Shown here in pieces: positions 13,020 through 24,346 of a stretch of 64,000 bases of DNA. Each line of letters starts with the position of its first letter. Within the stretch, counting starts at the first letter, position 1. The position numbers and the translations under genes are program-made. Origin of the DNA: Geosiphon pyriformis uo1 (taxonomy: Eukaryota > Fungi > Glomeromycota); assembly GCA_016748015.1 (NCBI GenBank), contig JAAOMT010000590.1, positions 62,001-126,000 of the forward strand. Direction: 5' to 3'. The notes under the pieces are model-generated. The model saw nothing but the letters and a program-made list of their open reading frames with translations, was not told the origin of the DNA and searched no databases.

Positions 13020-13879
13020 TGTTACAAGTGATTATTTTGGGTCTCAAATTAAATAACAAACTTGTAACTTAGTGCTCAATTGATATAAAAATGATATTTG
13101 TAATCTAAGATTTTATTAGTTTGAAGATTTTGGTTGAGTTCTTTGTATAATAGACAGAAATTCAATTAATAGTTTTATCTGTAGCTTTCTGAAACCGCAG
13201 TTTTGTCAATTTTTTTTTTGGCATAGTGGCTGGCAATTTTCCTAATAAGTTATTCTCAATTGAGTGTTCTATCCTTATTCTTAAGTTTTTTACCAGTGTT
13301 TTTATCCTGACATCAGTACCTCTGTACATAAATTCTTTAATCAAGTTAGTATAACAAAACAAAGAATTAAAAAAAATAAAAAAAAATAAAAAAAAGATAA
13401 AAAAAATAAGCCAAAGCAATTTGTTAATTAGTATTCTGTCAATAGTTGTGATCAAGAGCTATTGTTCTAGTGTAGTTAAGTATGGATTACTATCAACATG
13501 GAGTGTTGATAGTGGAAAATGGATTGAGATAATAAATAATTATTTTATTTAATATTTGTGATTTGAAAGATTGTTTAAATGAAATCTAAACTAAAAGATC
13601 TGTTTTTTCTACTTCTAATGCTACCACTATATATACATAATTGAAATTTCTCAATTCCTCAATTTTTCACACCAGAAATTCTAGAATTTCTGAAATCTTG
13701 CAATTTCTTTGAGAGGAATCTTGGAATTCTGGAATTCTGCGATTCCTCATACAAGAATCTTGAAATTCCTAAAATTCTGTGATTTCTTTAAGAAAAATTC
13801 TGAAATTCCACATTTATTATGTCTATTTCTGATTGGCTAATTTATATGCTAATATACTTTCTATAGTCTATGAATAATA
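13020..13879 (-). repeat. 3' LTR of A2
   Basis: TGTTACA at 13020; decayed TGTTACTCATAGA terminus at 13879; PPT AAAAGGAGGGAATAA on the minus strand at 13880-13894. Confidence 0.9.
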
Positions 13880-13892
13880 TTATTCCCTCCTT

Positions 13893-14527
13893 TTAATATT
13901 GAACTTCATCAAGATCTCCTAAATCTCCTAACTCTAATTCTCTGTCTTTGAGTATTTTTTGAACTTCTTTCTCAAGAATTACTTGTGTTATCTTGTTCTG
14001 TAATTTTTCAAATTGGGCATTGGTTATTTTTCCTATTTGGTTAACAGTAACTTTATTTTTGTATTGAGTAAGATTTTTAGTTGATTTTGAAATTCAGTGT
14101 GTAGCCAATAAATGGCTTGTGTTTGTGTGGTCAAATTGTTTTTTCCCACAAATTGTTCTAGTTGTTACAGTATTGTTGTATCAAATAATTATTTTGCTTT
14201 ATTTGTGTATAAATTCTGAATATTCAAATGTTGTCCTAAGTAAAAGTAATAAAAGTTTTTTGGAAATTGTTGTATCCACCAATCCCAAGTTTTTATAGTC
14301 AACTTTTGATATTGGATGACTTTTGGTTGTGCTTCTATTGCCAATTTCACTTTTGTGATTATTTTGTCAATAATGTTTTCTGTTTTTTTCTGTACTTTGT
14401 TTTGTGGTCTTTTTTTGGTGTTTGTGTATTTGATAGTTTGTTGATTAATTGTGATTTCTATTTTTTGTTATTGAATCAATTGGAAGAGTTGTTGTGCTAA
14501 TGAGTAAATATCATCAGTAATTTCCAT
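13893..14527 (-). pseudogene. ORF3 of A2 (unknown function)
   Basis: ATG GAA ATT ACT GAT GAT ATT TAC (MEITDDIY) to a stop overlapping the PPT; colinear with 31625-32263. Confidence 0.7.
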
Positions 14528-14587
14528 TTTTCTGATGTTTTTTGTCACATCTATTATGTCTTTATATATTCTTTTTATTGTTCACTT

Positions 14588-15961
14588 TTACATGTTTGGT
14601 CCAATGATTATGATTGGTTTCAGATTTCATGAGATTTTATCTGGTTGGACTAGTATTCACTGTACTCTCAATTGTAGAATATTACTGATGAATAATAATA
14701 CTATATGGTAATATTGTTTCAGTTAGTCACTATGTGCTGCTTTGGTCAAGATTTTGTTGTTCTATCTTAATTTATAAGCTCTATTTCTTAAAATTTCTTC
14801 TATGTGAAATAGTTTGTTCTATTTGGAATCAAATTTTCCACTCCATTGTTTTTTCGCTTTAGTATGATATAAGAGTACTTTGTTTCCAATCTTAAATTCA
14901 ACTGGTTTATCTGGTAGTTGGTTATTGTGTTGTTTTTTTTGTTTTTCTTGTAACTTTTGAATGTTATTAGCTGCTCTTTGTCATTTGTTTTCTAGTGTCT
15001 CCATTAAATTATATATTCTTCTCAGCAATATTTCTTGAAAATTGTCTTCTGTTATTGGTTCTGTTGAATATGCATTGACTTTTATTTTAACTGGTAATGT
15101 TGCTGTTCTATCATATACTAATTTGAATGGTGTTGCTTATGTAGTATCTTGTTTTATTGTCTGATAAGCAAATAATACTGATAGTATAAACAAATTTCAT
15201 TCATCTTGATTTTTTTGGCTGATTTTGACAATTGCTTCACACAATGTTTTTTTGAATTTTTCGATTAAGCCATTGGTTTGTGGATGATATGGTGATGATA
15301 ATGGTTTTTTGATTCTAAATCTTTGACTTAATTCTGCTAATGTTCTGTTCACAAAGTAAGTTCCTTAATCTAATAGTAATTTTTTTGGACATCTATATCA
15401 ACAAATTAGATTTTAATAAACAAATTTGGCAATAGATTTTGTATTTGTTCTTTGAATGGCTTTTGCTTTTAGCTATTTGGTAAAATAATCCATGACTACT
15501 GCAATATATCTGTTGTCTTTGTTGATGATTATTAATGGACCAACTAAATTAATTCCAATATGATCAAATAGTTGTCTCATTTTAATTGGTCTTAATGGTT
15601 CACTGGGTCTTGTTTCTTGTCTTCTTTGACAAGCATCACAATTTTGAATGTATTAAATAATGTCTGGATATATGGATGGCCAATAGTATCTTTTTCTAGT
15701 TTTTTTTATGGTTGCTTCTTTATAGAAATATTCTGCTGTTAGATCAGAGTACATGTTGAATAATATTGTTTTTTTTTCTGATTCTGTAATTACTCTGGTT
15801 GATTGATCTGAATTTCTTCTGTTCTTTTGATAAAATACATTTTAGTAAATGATAAAATATTTGGACTGTTGTTTTATGTTTTGTTCTTTTGGAAATAATT
15901 TCTCCTTGAACAATTGAGTATTTATATAATATTGAATTTGTTGATATTTTTGTGTATTCAT
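14588..15961 (-). pseudogene. Integrase of A2
   Basis: Starts ATG (MNTQKYQQ); YYWPSIY, CDAC, HIGINLVGP, PYHPQTNGLIEK, PFKLVY and GPF/Y-like C terminus. Confidence 0.85.
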
Positions 15962-16107
15962 TTTTTGTTATATTTTTGGATTGAAATGTTTTTAGATTTG
16001 TCTTATCTGCAACAAACCATTAGTATTTCTATTTTTTTTTCTTTTTTTATAATATACTGTATATTTGAATGGTAAAAGTTCTATTTTTTATCAAGCATGA
16101 TAATTAT

Positions 16108-16781
16108 TGTTATTCATAGAATATAGGAAGTATATTAGCATATAAATTAGCCAATCAGAAGTAGGCATAGTAAATATGGAATTCCAGGATTCCTCTCAGA
16201 GGAATTGCAGGATTCCAGGAATTTCAAGATTCTCATATGAGGAATTGCAAGATTCCAGAATTCTAGGATTCTTCTTAAAGGAATTGTAAGATTCCAGAAA
16301 TTCCAAGATTTCTGGTGTGAAAAATTGAGAAATTGAAGAATTTCAATTATGTATATATAGTGGTAGCAGTAGAAATAGAAAAAACAGACCTCTAAGTTTA
16401 GATTTAATCTAAGCAATCTTCCAACTCAATAAATAATTATTCACTATCTCAAATTTACTCTCCACTATCAACTCTTATGTTGATAGTAATTGATACTTAA
16501 CAACACTAAAACAATAGCTCTTGATCACAGCTCTTGATCACAACTATTGACAGGCTACTAACTTATAATCGTCTTGGCTTATTTTTTTATTTTTTTTATT
16601 TTCTTTTATTTATTTTCTTTTCTTTGATTTTATTGTTGTATACTAATTGATTGAAAATTAAGTGCTGAATTATTGATGTTAAGAATAGCCTGGTAAAAGA
16701 CTCCAAAAAAAGGATATAGAATTGAGAATTTAAGGATAGCTTACTAGAAGGGCATCTCTGCCAGATTACTGGCCACCACAC
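16108..16781 (+). repeat. 5' LTR of A1, left part (resumes at 24107-24283)
   Basis: Colinear with 32277-32902; breaks at CCACCACAC|. Confidence 0.9.
16149..16360 (+). promoter_or_regulatory. LTR U3 promoter: CCAAT box, ~33-bp GAATTCCAGG-type repeats, TATA box
   Basis: AGCCAATCAGAA at 16149 and TATATATAG at 16352-16360; same arrangement in most A-type LTRs, with the TATA motif present in all. Confidence 0.6.
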
Positions 16782-17751
16782 TGTTACCAGTAGAATTTTA
16801 GCTGTTAATTAGCACGAAATTACCCTCATAATTTCTATTATTAATTAGCATATATGATTATTATTTCAATTATTATCTATTATTTAATCAAATTAGCAAT
16901 TATTATCATTTAATCAATAACCCAATTTGTATCATAGAAATTAAGATAATCAAATTACACAATACCCTGAACTATTTAACATAGTCAAAATTCGCCAAAA
17001 TTAATGAAAATTGGCCGAAATAATTAAATAGTTTAGTGAAATAACTTGTAGTTTGCCAAAATGTATCTTTAATTTGCCCAAATTAAAGCAAAGAGAAAAG
17101 TACAAGTTTAAAGACTAGTATTACAACAAGTTGTATAAAAGAAGAACTTCTCTTTTTAAGAAAATGTATCCTTTTCATATTTTACCATAGTATTTTATTT
17201 TAGATATCTTAATTAAAACAAATCACCTTTTACAAAATTTAATAAAAATTAAATATTTGAAAAACAAATCTTTAAATTATTATACTTGATTTTCTTTCAA
17301 ATACAATTAACGTTTTAAAATTGATTAGTTACCAATTTTACTAAACTGTTAGTGACTTCAGACCTGGATAGAAAATGTTTTCTTTGAAAAAATTCTATTT
17401 CTTTTATATTTCTTTTATTTTTTTTATTTTTTCTTATCATAATTATTTGGGTAGCCTATAGACAAGATTCCTGTAGAAGAGTTGACTTTTACAACAAAGT
17501 AACTACACATTTTAGTGAGTTTTCAGATAAACAATTCCTAAAAAAAAGTTGACATTTACTACAATATAACTACATAAAGTAACTGGCATGAAATTGGCCA
17601 TTCCATTTATAAGCCCAGCAGTTCAAATTATAAGAGATAATTTGAAGATAAATTCAGTTCTTGAAGGTTCAACTACTTCTAGAAAACGTGAATTTACAAC
17701 AAACAAACATTAACAACATTTAAGAAAAGAGACTAAAAACCTCCAGTAACA
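16782..17751 (+). repeat. 5' LTR of element B
   Basis: TGTTACCAG...CCAGTAACA followed by TT-TGGTGCTTTCC PBS. Confidence 0.92.
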
Positions 17752-17796
17752 TTTGGTGCTTTCCTATGAAAACAACACAATAATAACAACTTCAAA

Positions 17797-20700
17797 GTGG
17801 CAATTACACCAGAAACAGCAATTCTAGAGTATTACCAGTCAATTTACACTCATTGCAAGCAAAAATTTGACATTTTAGACGGAATTGAAATTATTAAAAG
17901 AATATTTTATCTGTATATCAAAAATCATATCAACAATTATCTTCTTAGAGATTACAACATTTCAAAAGTTAGAAGCAATCTCTACAATAATTTAGTGCAC
18001 TATTCACGATTGGGAGCTGAAAACCTCAACAGTGAAACACTTGTCCTCTACTTCCAAAAACTTAATTATAACATTATCCAGTATTGTGAGAAAAATTACC
18101 CAGTACAGTTTTGACTTTAAATCAGAAACAGAAACAAACAGCAAAGACAAACAAAAACTAAAGCAACACTCAAGCACCATCCCAAACACTCCAAAGACAC
18201 CAAAAATAACTGCCAAACACTTGCAAACTTCAAAACAAGGAACCAGCACCAAACTTTCACTCTCAGTTACTTTATTTCCAATTTTACTTGCTTAATCACA
18301 GACACCAAATTTACTTCTTATTTGATTCTTAAGACCAGAAGATTTTACTTCACCAAGAAGTCTTACTCAACAGCAAAAACCAATATTAACCAGCACCAAT
18401 CTTTTTGATTACTTACAAGAAAATGAAAGTAATCATTTAGAAAGCTTAAAAAGTGAAGAAACTAAGTCAAAACAAGAAAAAATCACTGAAAATAAAGAAA
18501 AAATAGCAACTGCTTATATTGCAAAGATTCTAAAATTTACTGGTGAAAATAATAATACCAATCCTTAAGAATGGCTTGACAAAGTCCAGAAAGCAAAAGA
18601 TGCAAATGGATGGAATGCAGCAAAAATGCTTAAAACAATCCTATACTTCCTTTAAAAAACAGCAGGAAAATGATTTGAAAACTTAACTGAACTCTTTGAA
18701 AACTGATAAGCATTTAAAAATGCTTTCTTGTAACAATTTACCAACAACAACACCTCTATTACTCCCCAAAATTGCTTTTGCAATATTAAACAAGAACCCA
18801 ATAAATTAGTCATGACCTATTTAGCAAAGTTTAACAAACTTCTCAGAAGAATTTGCCAGTTAGAAACCAATGAATACTATTTTGATGCCTAAATTTTGGA
18901 TTAATTTATTGCTGGTTTAAAAGACAAACTCATTAAAAAAGTTTACCCACATGCTTCAAAAAACCTAACCACTGCCATTAGACATACAAAAAACTATGAA
19001 ATGGCAATGAAAAAAGCAAACCACACCAAACTTGTCAACCTAGCTATTGAAAAAACCAACTCAGCAGCTGAAGAAAAAATAGACCAACTCACAAAGAAGA
19101 TTGAAAACTACTTTACAAACCAACAACAACAGCAACAACAACTACAAAGATATTAGCCACCACAATGATGAAACCAAAACAACTACTTATCATTATCAAA
19201 CAGCCAAAATTAAAATTGCCACTATTGTGGGATTTCAGAACACTGGAAACGAGATTGCAGAAAGCTACAATGAGACCAACAAAACAGAAATAATCAACAT
19301 TACCCTTCCATACAACAATCTTATTATCAGTCTCCACTACCAACTTATTACTCACCAAGACCACAAAATCAGAACAATTACTACCAGCATGCTCCATAGC
19401 AACAATATCAGCAGCCTTTACCAATTCAGCAATATCAGACAACACCTATTCAACAATATCAAGTACCAGCCAGAAGATTGGTTCAACAAAACCAATTCAC
19501 ACCTTAAAATTAACTTCAGAATAATAACAACAAAATTAACCCAAACAACCAGTTGGTTTTCCGAAATTCTGGTCACCAAAAACCCAATTACTATCACACT
19601 CAACCCAGTTATTTTACAATGCCAGAAGAATTGGATTTTCAACAAACTGCATTTCTTGAAGATGAAACTACAGCACTAAAATCAAACCCTTCTAACAATA
19701 CAATTCCACCAGCTTAAATTGCCCAAAATGCCAACCTCTCAGACATATTTTCATTCGAATTTAAAGCTAATGAATCACCATTTTTGCTTAGTAATACAGC
19801 AGTAAATGAACAAAAAGCTATTACTGCTATGTACAATGAAGCTACAGTAAAAGGAAAGCCCATTCAATTAATTCTAAACAGTAGATCAGCTGAAAGTATT
19901 ATTACTTATCAATTAATACAACAGCTTCAAAGAACTGTTGACAGACCAGTTCAAACTATAATTGTTACAGCTAATGACATGAAAAAAACCCCAGTAGGAG
20001 AAATTGACAACTTCCCATTTATCATTGATGGAATCACTATTCCAATTAAAGTTCTTGTCATGAATGCACCCCAATACCAAGCTCTGGTCAGAAATAATTG
20101 GCTTTTCAAAGCCAATGCAAACTTAGACTGGGAAACTCAACAACTTAAAATTTTATATTAAGAACAATACACTATAGTACCTGTTATTTATGGCACTTTC
20201 AACAAATGGTCAAAAAAAGCTCCAGTGTTTAAATTTAAGGAGGAAAAGAAAATGCCATTTACTAAAACCTACATGGCTCTTGGATCAACATTCAATTGGG
20301 CTGAGAAAACAGAACAAGAGATTTTGAAGAATTAAGAGGATGAAAAAAAGTTAAGTATTTCACACCAAAACCACAAAAAGAACTATTATACATCTCACTA
20401 AAATGCAAAGATTGCAAAAAAAAGCTTTTATCTATGGGAGCCTGTATTTTCTCAGAAAAAGAATATGAAACTCACATCTGTTATTTTTGCAAAGCATGCC
20501 ATAGAGAACGATTTGAATTTCCAAAAAAAAGTGGAAAATGGGACAACACTTCTTGTCTTACATGTGGAAATATGCTATCTGAAGAATACAATTGGATTGA
20601 TATTGCAATAAGGAGAGCAGTATACAATCAAATCTGCCAATATGCCTTATCAATTTCGGAAAAAGTGAAAAAAAAAACTCCATTCAATGCAGCATACAAC

Positions 20701-23399
20701 AGTGTGCTCAACAAACTGTACTACTATCCTCATAATGCTGAAATAATTTTTGACTTAGTAATGGCTTTAATCAATAGAGCCACTTAAAAAGATGTCTGCC
20801 AAATAAAAGAAGCTGAATACATTGAGTATACCATAGAATTAGCTAGATTTGATTATAAAGATGAAATAAAAACTTATTACCAAATTGCAAACCATACATA
20901 CCCAACCAAAGAAACTCAAATTCAATAATTAGAGCAAATAAATATTCAATTATGTGAGGAATGCATTATGTTTTGTGATGACCAATGGTGTTTAGAATAC
21001 TATGCTCTTAGCATTCCCCTGCCAGATGAAAATGATGAAAATAAAATCGAATTTGGAATATCTGAACCAATAGAAGAACCACCAACTACTTTTATTTATT
21101 TTTTTAAAAATCAACCACCCTTACAACTTAAATATTTCAACAACCATGGCCAAGGAATCAGACCAGAAAAAACACATGAGATTGATACTGGATATGATCT
21201 AAGATACCCAAAAAAAAATACTTTGGTCTTCCAACCCAAGTTCTTAACAAAAATCAATCTCAAAATCACTCTTAAAATTCTACCTGGAGCAATAGTTCAA
21301 ATTGCATTTAGATCATCATTGGCCAGCAAAGGAATCAACATTAAAAGAGAAGTCATAGATACAAGATATACTGGAGACATTATTATTATGCTACAGAATG
21401 AAACTGAAAAACCATTTAAAATTGAGCATGCAGAAAAAATTGCTCAAGCAATTTACCTACTTTTAATCAACATTTCAGGTTTACAACCAGTAAATAACAG
21501 AGAACAATTAGGAAAAAGTGAAAAAAGAACTCAAGGTTTTGGTTCAACTGGATGATTTACAGTCCCAGTAAACATGGCACTTAATGCACAAAATGAATCT
21601 CACCAGATTCTTCAACTTCCTCAACCAATTATCATTTCATCTTTTAGAGAACATCATGAAATCTACACTTGCTCAAAACCTACTACTATTCAACAAATCT
21701 TTGAATTCAATAAACAAATCTGTGCACAACATAAAATTTTAATCTCAAATGTCTACATACCAAAAAGAATGAAGAAATTTTGAGTTACTTTCTACAATTC
21801 CAACAACTATTCTATTGTATTATTAAATAAATTAGAAATTGGAATTATACATAGCAATATCTTCTAAGATGAAATCTTTCAAATTGTCTCTAATTTCATC
21901 GAAATTATGAGACATATTCTATTATCAAATCCAAATGTTATTTTGACTACTGAAAACTACTATGTTCTAGAAGAAAAACTTTCTAGAATCAACATGAGTC
22001 CCTTAGAATCCCAACAACAAAAATAATTGAAACAATTAATAGCTGAATTTGCTAATATATTTGCAAAAACAACAATAACCTTGGAAAAACTAATATTGTC
22101 CAACATCAAATCCATACAGAAGATGTCCCACCAAAATGTCAACAAGTTTACAGAGTGCCACCTGCCAGTCACCAATTCATTAGGAAAAAAGTCCAAAGAA
22201 TGCTCAAAAATGGATTGATTCAACCATCAAGAAGTCCTTAGGCCTTACCAATAGTTCTTGTCAAAAAGAAAAATAAGAAAATCAGATTCTGTATAGACTA
22301 TTGTTAACTCAACAACATAATAATTGGAGATACTTGCCCTTTTTCAAGAATTAATAACATGCTAGATGCTTTAGGAAAAGCCAAATTCTTCTCAACTTTA
22401 GACTTAGAAAATGGATACTGGTAAGTTGAAATGGACCCAAAAGACCGATGCAAAACAGCCTTTACCACCCAAGAAAAAAACTATAAATTCAATATTATGT
22501 TTTTTGAATTCTACAATGCATTAGCAACATTTCAGTGACTCATGGATGTTATATATAAAAAATTCTTATGGCAATCAGTAGTTGTTTATCTTGATGATAC
22601 TAATGTATATTTACCAAGCTTTGAAGCTTATCTTATCCACTTGTGAGAAGTTTTTTAATGATTATGAAAAGCAGGATTAAAGTTGAACATTGAGAAATGT
22701 CACTTTGGAAAAACAAGCTTAATCTTTCTTGAACACATTGTTAGCAAAGATGGAGTCAAACCAAACTTTAGAGCAATCAGTGTTGTTAAAAACTTTTAAA
22801 CTCCCAAAAATAGCCACAAAACTATGAGAATTTTTAGGATTAATCTCCTACTATTGAAAATTTATCAAAAAATTCTCAGAAATTGCCAAACCACTCAATT
22901 ATCTTACCAACAAAAATGTGCCATACAAATAGACTGAAGAACAACAAAAAGCTTTTAACACTCTCAAAACAAAATTGACAACAGCTCTAGTTCTTACTTA
23001 TCCAGACTTTAACAAACAGTTCTAACAAGCACCAATGCTTTACACATAGTCTTTGGTGCCATCTTATCACAATTAGATAAAAACAGCCAAAAGCAAATTA
23101 TTGCCTATGTCAGTAGAACACTCAAACCAACAGAACTCAAATATGGCTTAACTGAATTGGAAACAGCTATAGTCATTTGGGCTCTTAAACACTTTCAACA
23201 ATACTTGAAAAATAAAAAAGAATTTGACATCATAACTGACACTATTGGCCTCAAATGGCTCAATAAAAAGAAAACAGAACAAAATGCCAAACAGTCTCGA
23301 TGGAATGATTTTCTAGTAGACTACAAATATATAATACATCACAAACCAAGAAAACTACACACCAATGTTGACAGTCTTTCAAAAATAAAACAAGATTAA
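17797..23399 (+). pseudogene. gag-pol: Element B gag-pol: N-extension, Gag, CCHC, protease, Cys-rich domain, dUTPase, RT, RNase H
   Basis: CHYCGISEHWKRDC (19217-19258); LILNSRSAESII; DTGYDLRYP...GFGSTG; RFCIDY; VVVYLDDTN (22587-22598); IAYVSR, ELETAIVIWAL, TNVDSLSK; many TGG/CAA-derived stops. Confidence 0.9.
21160..21552 (+). pseudogene. dut: dUTPase domain within element B pol (homologs about 28200-28590 +, 34830-35210 -, 45025-45410 -)
   Basis: Five trimeric-dUTPase motifs in decayed form: DTGYDL, RSSLA, VIDTRYTGDI, KIAQAI, RTQGFGSTG. Confidence 0.9.
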
Positions 23400-23653
23400 T
23401 ACTAACACCAACATCAACAAAGTACCAACAAACCTAACAGTTAAACAAACAACAAAATTAACAACAATAAATTTAGAAAACTACAACAATATCAAAAACT
23501 ATTTGGAGATTCTTACCATGCCAGAAAATTGGTCTTCAAGTGAAAAACATTGTTTACAACACCAATCAAAACAATATTTTATACACCCCAACAAAATTTA
23601 TTATAAAAATTGCAGAAATCCAAACCAATTACTTAAATTGATACAAGAGCATG

Positions 23654-24102
23654 ACAACTAACGTTTTAAAATTAATTAGTTACCAATTTTACTAAACTAT
23701 TAGTAACTCCAGGCCTGAATAGAAAATGTTTTTCTTGAAAAAATTCTATTTCTTTTACATTTCTTTTATTTTTCTTTTCTTTTTTTATTATAATTATTTG
23801 GGTAGCCTATAGACAAGATTCCTGTAGAAGAGTTAACTTTCACAGCAAAGTAACTACACATTTTAGTGAGCTTCCAGACAAACAATTCTTGGAAATGAGT
23901 TGACATTTATTACAACATAACTACATAAAGTAACTGGTATGGAATTGGCCATTCCACTTATAAACCCAGCAGTTCAAATTATAGAAGATAATTTAAAGAT
24001 AAATTCAGTTATTAGAGGTTCAACTACTTCTAAAAAACGTGAATTTACAACAAACAGATATTAACAACATTCAAGAAAAGAGACTAAAAACCTCTGATAA
24101 CA
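23654..24102 (+). repeat. Partial 3' LTR of element B
   Basis: Matches about 17303-17751; ends CCTCTGATAACA. Confidence 0.9.
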
Positions 24103-24106
24103 ACGT

Positions 24107-24283
24107 TGAGAAAAAAATTTGACAGAATTGTAATTCTAGAAAGCTATTGAAATGCTATTGAATCTCTGTTTATTATACAAAAGACTCAACCAAAACCTTC
24201 AAATTACTACCATCCCATATCAATTAAGCACCAAGTTATGAATTTGTTATTTGATTTGAAACCCCAAATAATTACCTGTAACA
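24107..24283 (+). repeat. 5' LTR of A1, right part (U5)
   Basis: TGAGAAAAAAATTT...ACCTGTAACA, colinear with 32903-33097. Confidence 0.9.
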
Positions 24284-24285
24284 TT

Positions 24286-24302
24286 TGGTGCTCCTTGTGA
24301 GG
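24286..24302 (+). promoter_or_regulatory. Primer-binding site of A1
   Basis: TGGTGCTCCTTGTGAGG, 2 nt after the LTR; equivalents at 17754, 40126-40142 (-) and about 51100-51116 (-). Confidence 0.85.
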
Positions 24303-24346
24303 TATAATCCTACAGAGAACCAGCACCAGCAACAACCATTCCAAAA

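Larger units (their letters stand above)
16782..24102 (+). mobile_element. Ty3/gypsy element B; most of integrase, ORF3 and the first half of the 3' LTR are deleted
   Basis: 5' LTR 16782-17751, PBS 17754, gag-pol, partial 3' LTR 23654-24102; TSD ACAC/ACGT, with an uninterrupted sister LTR reading ACGC at 38722-38725. Confidence 0.92.
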
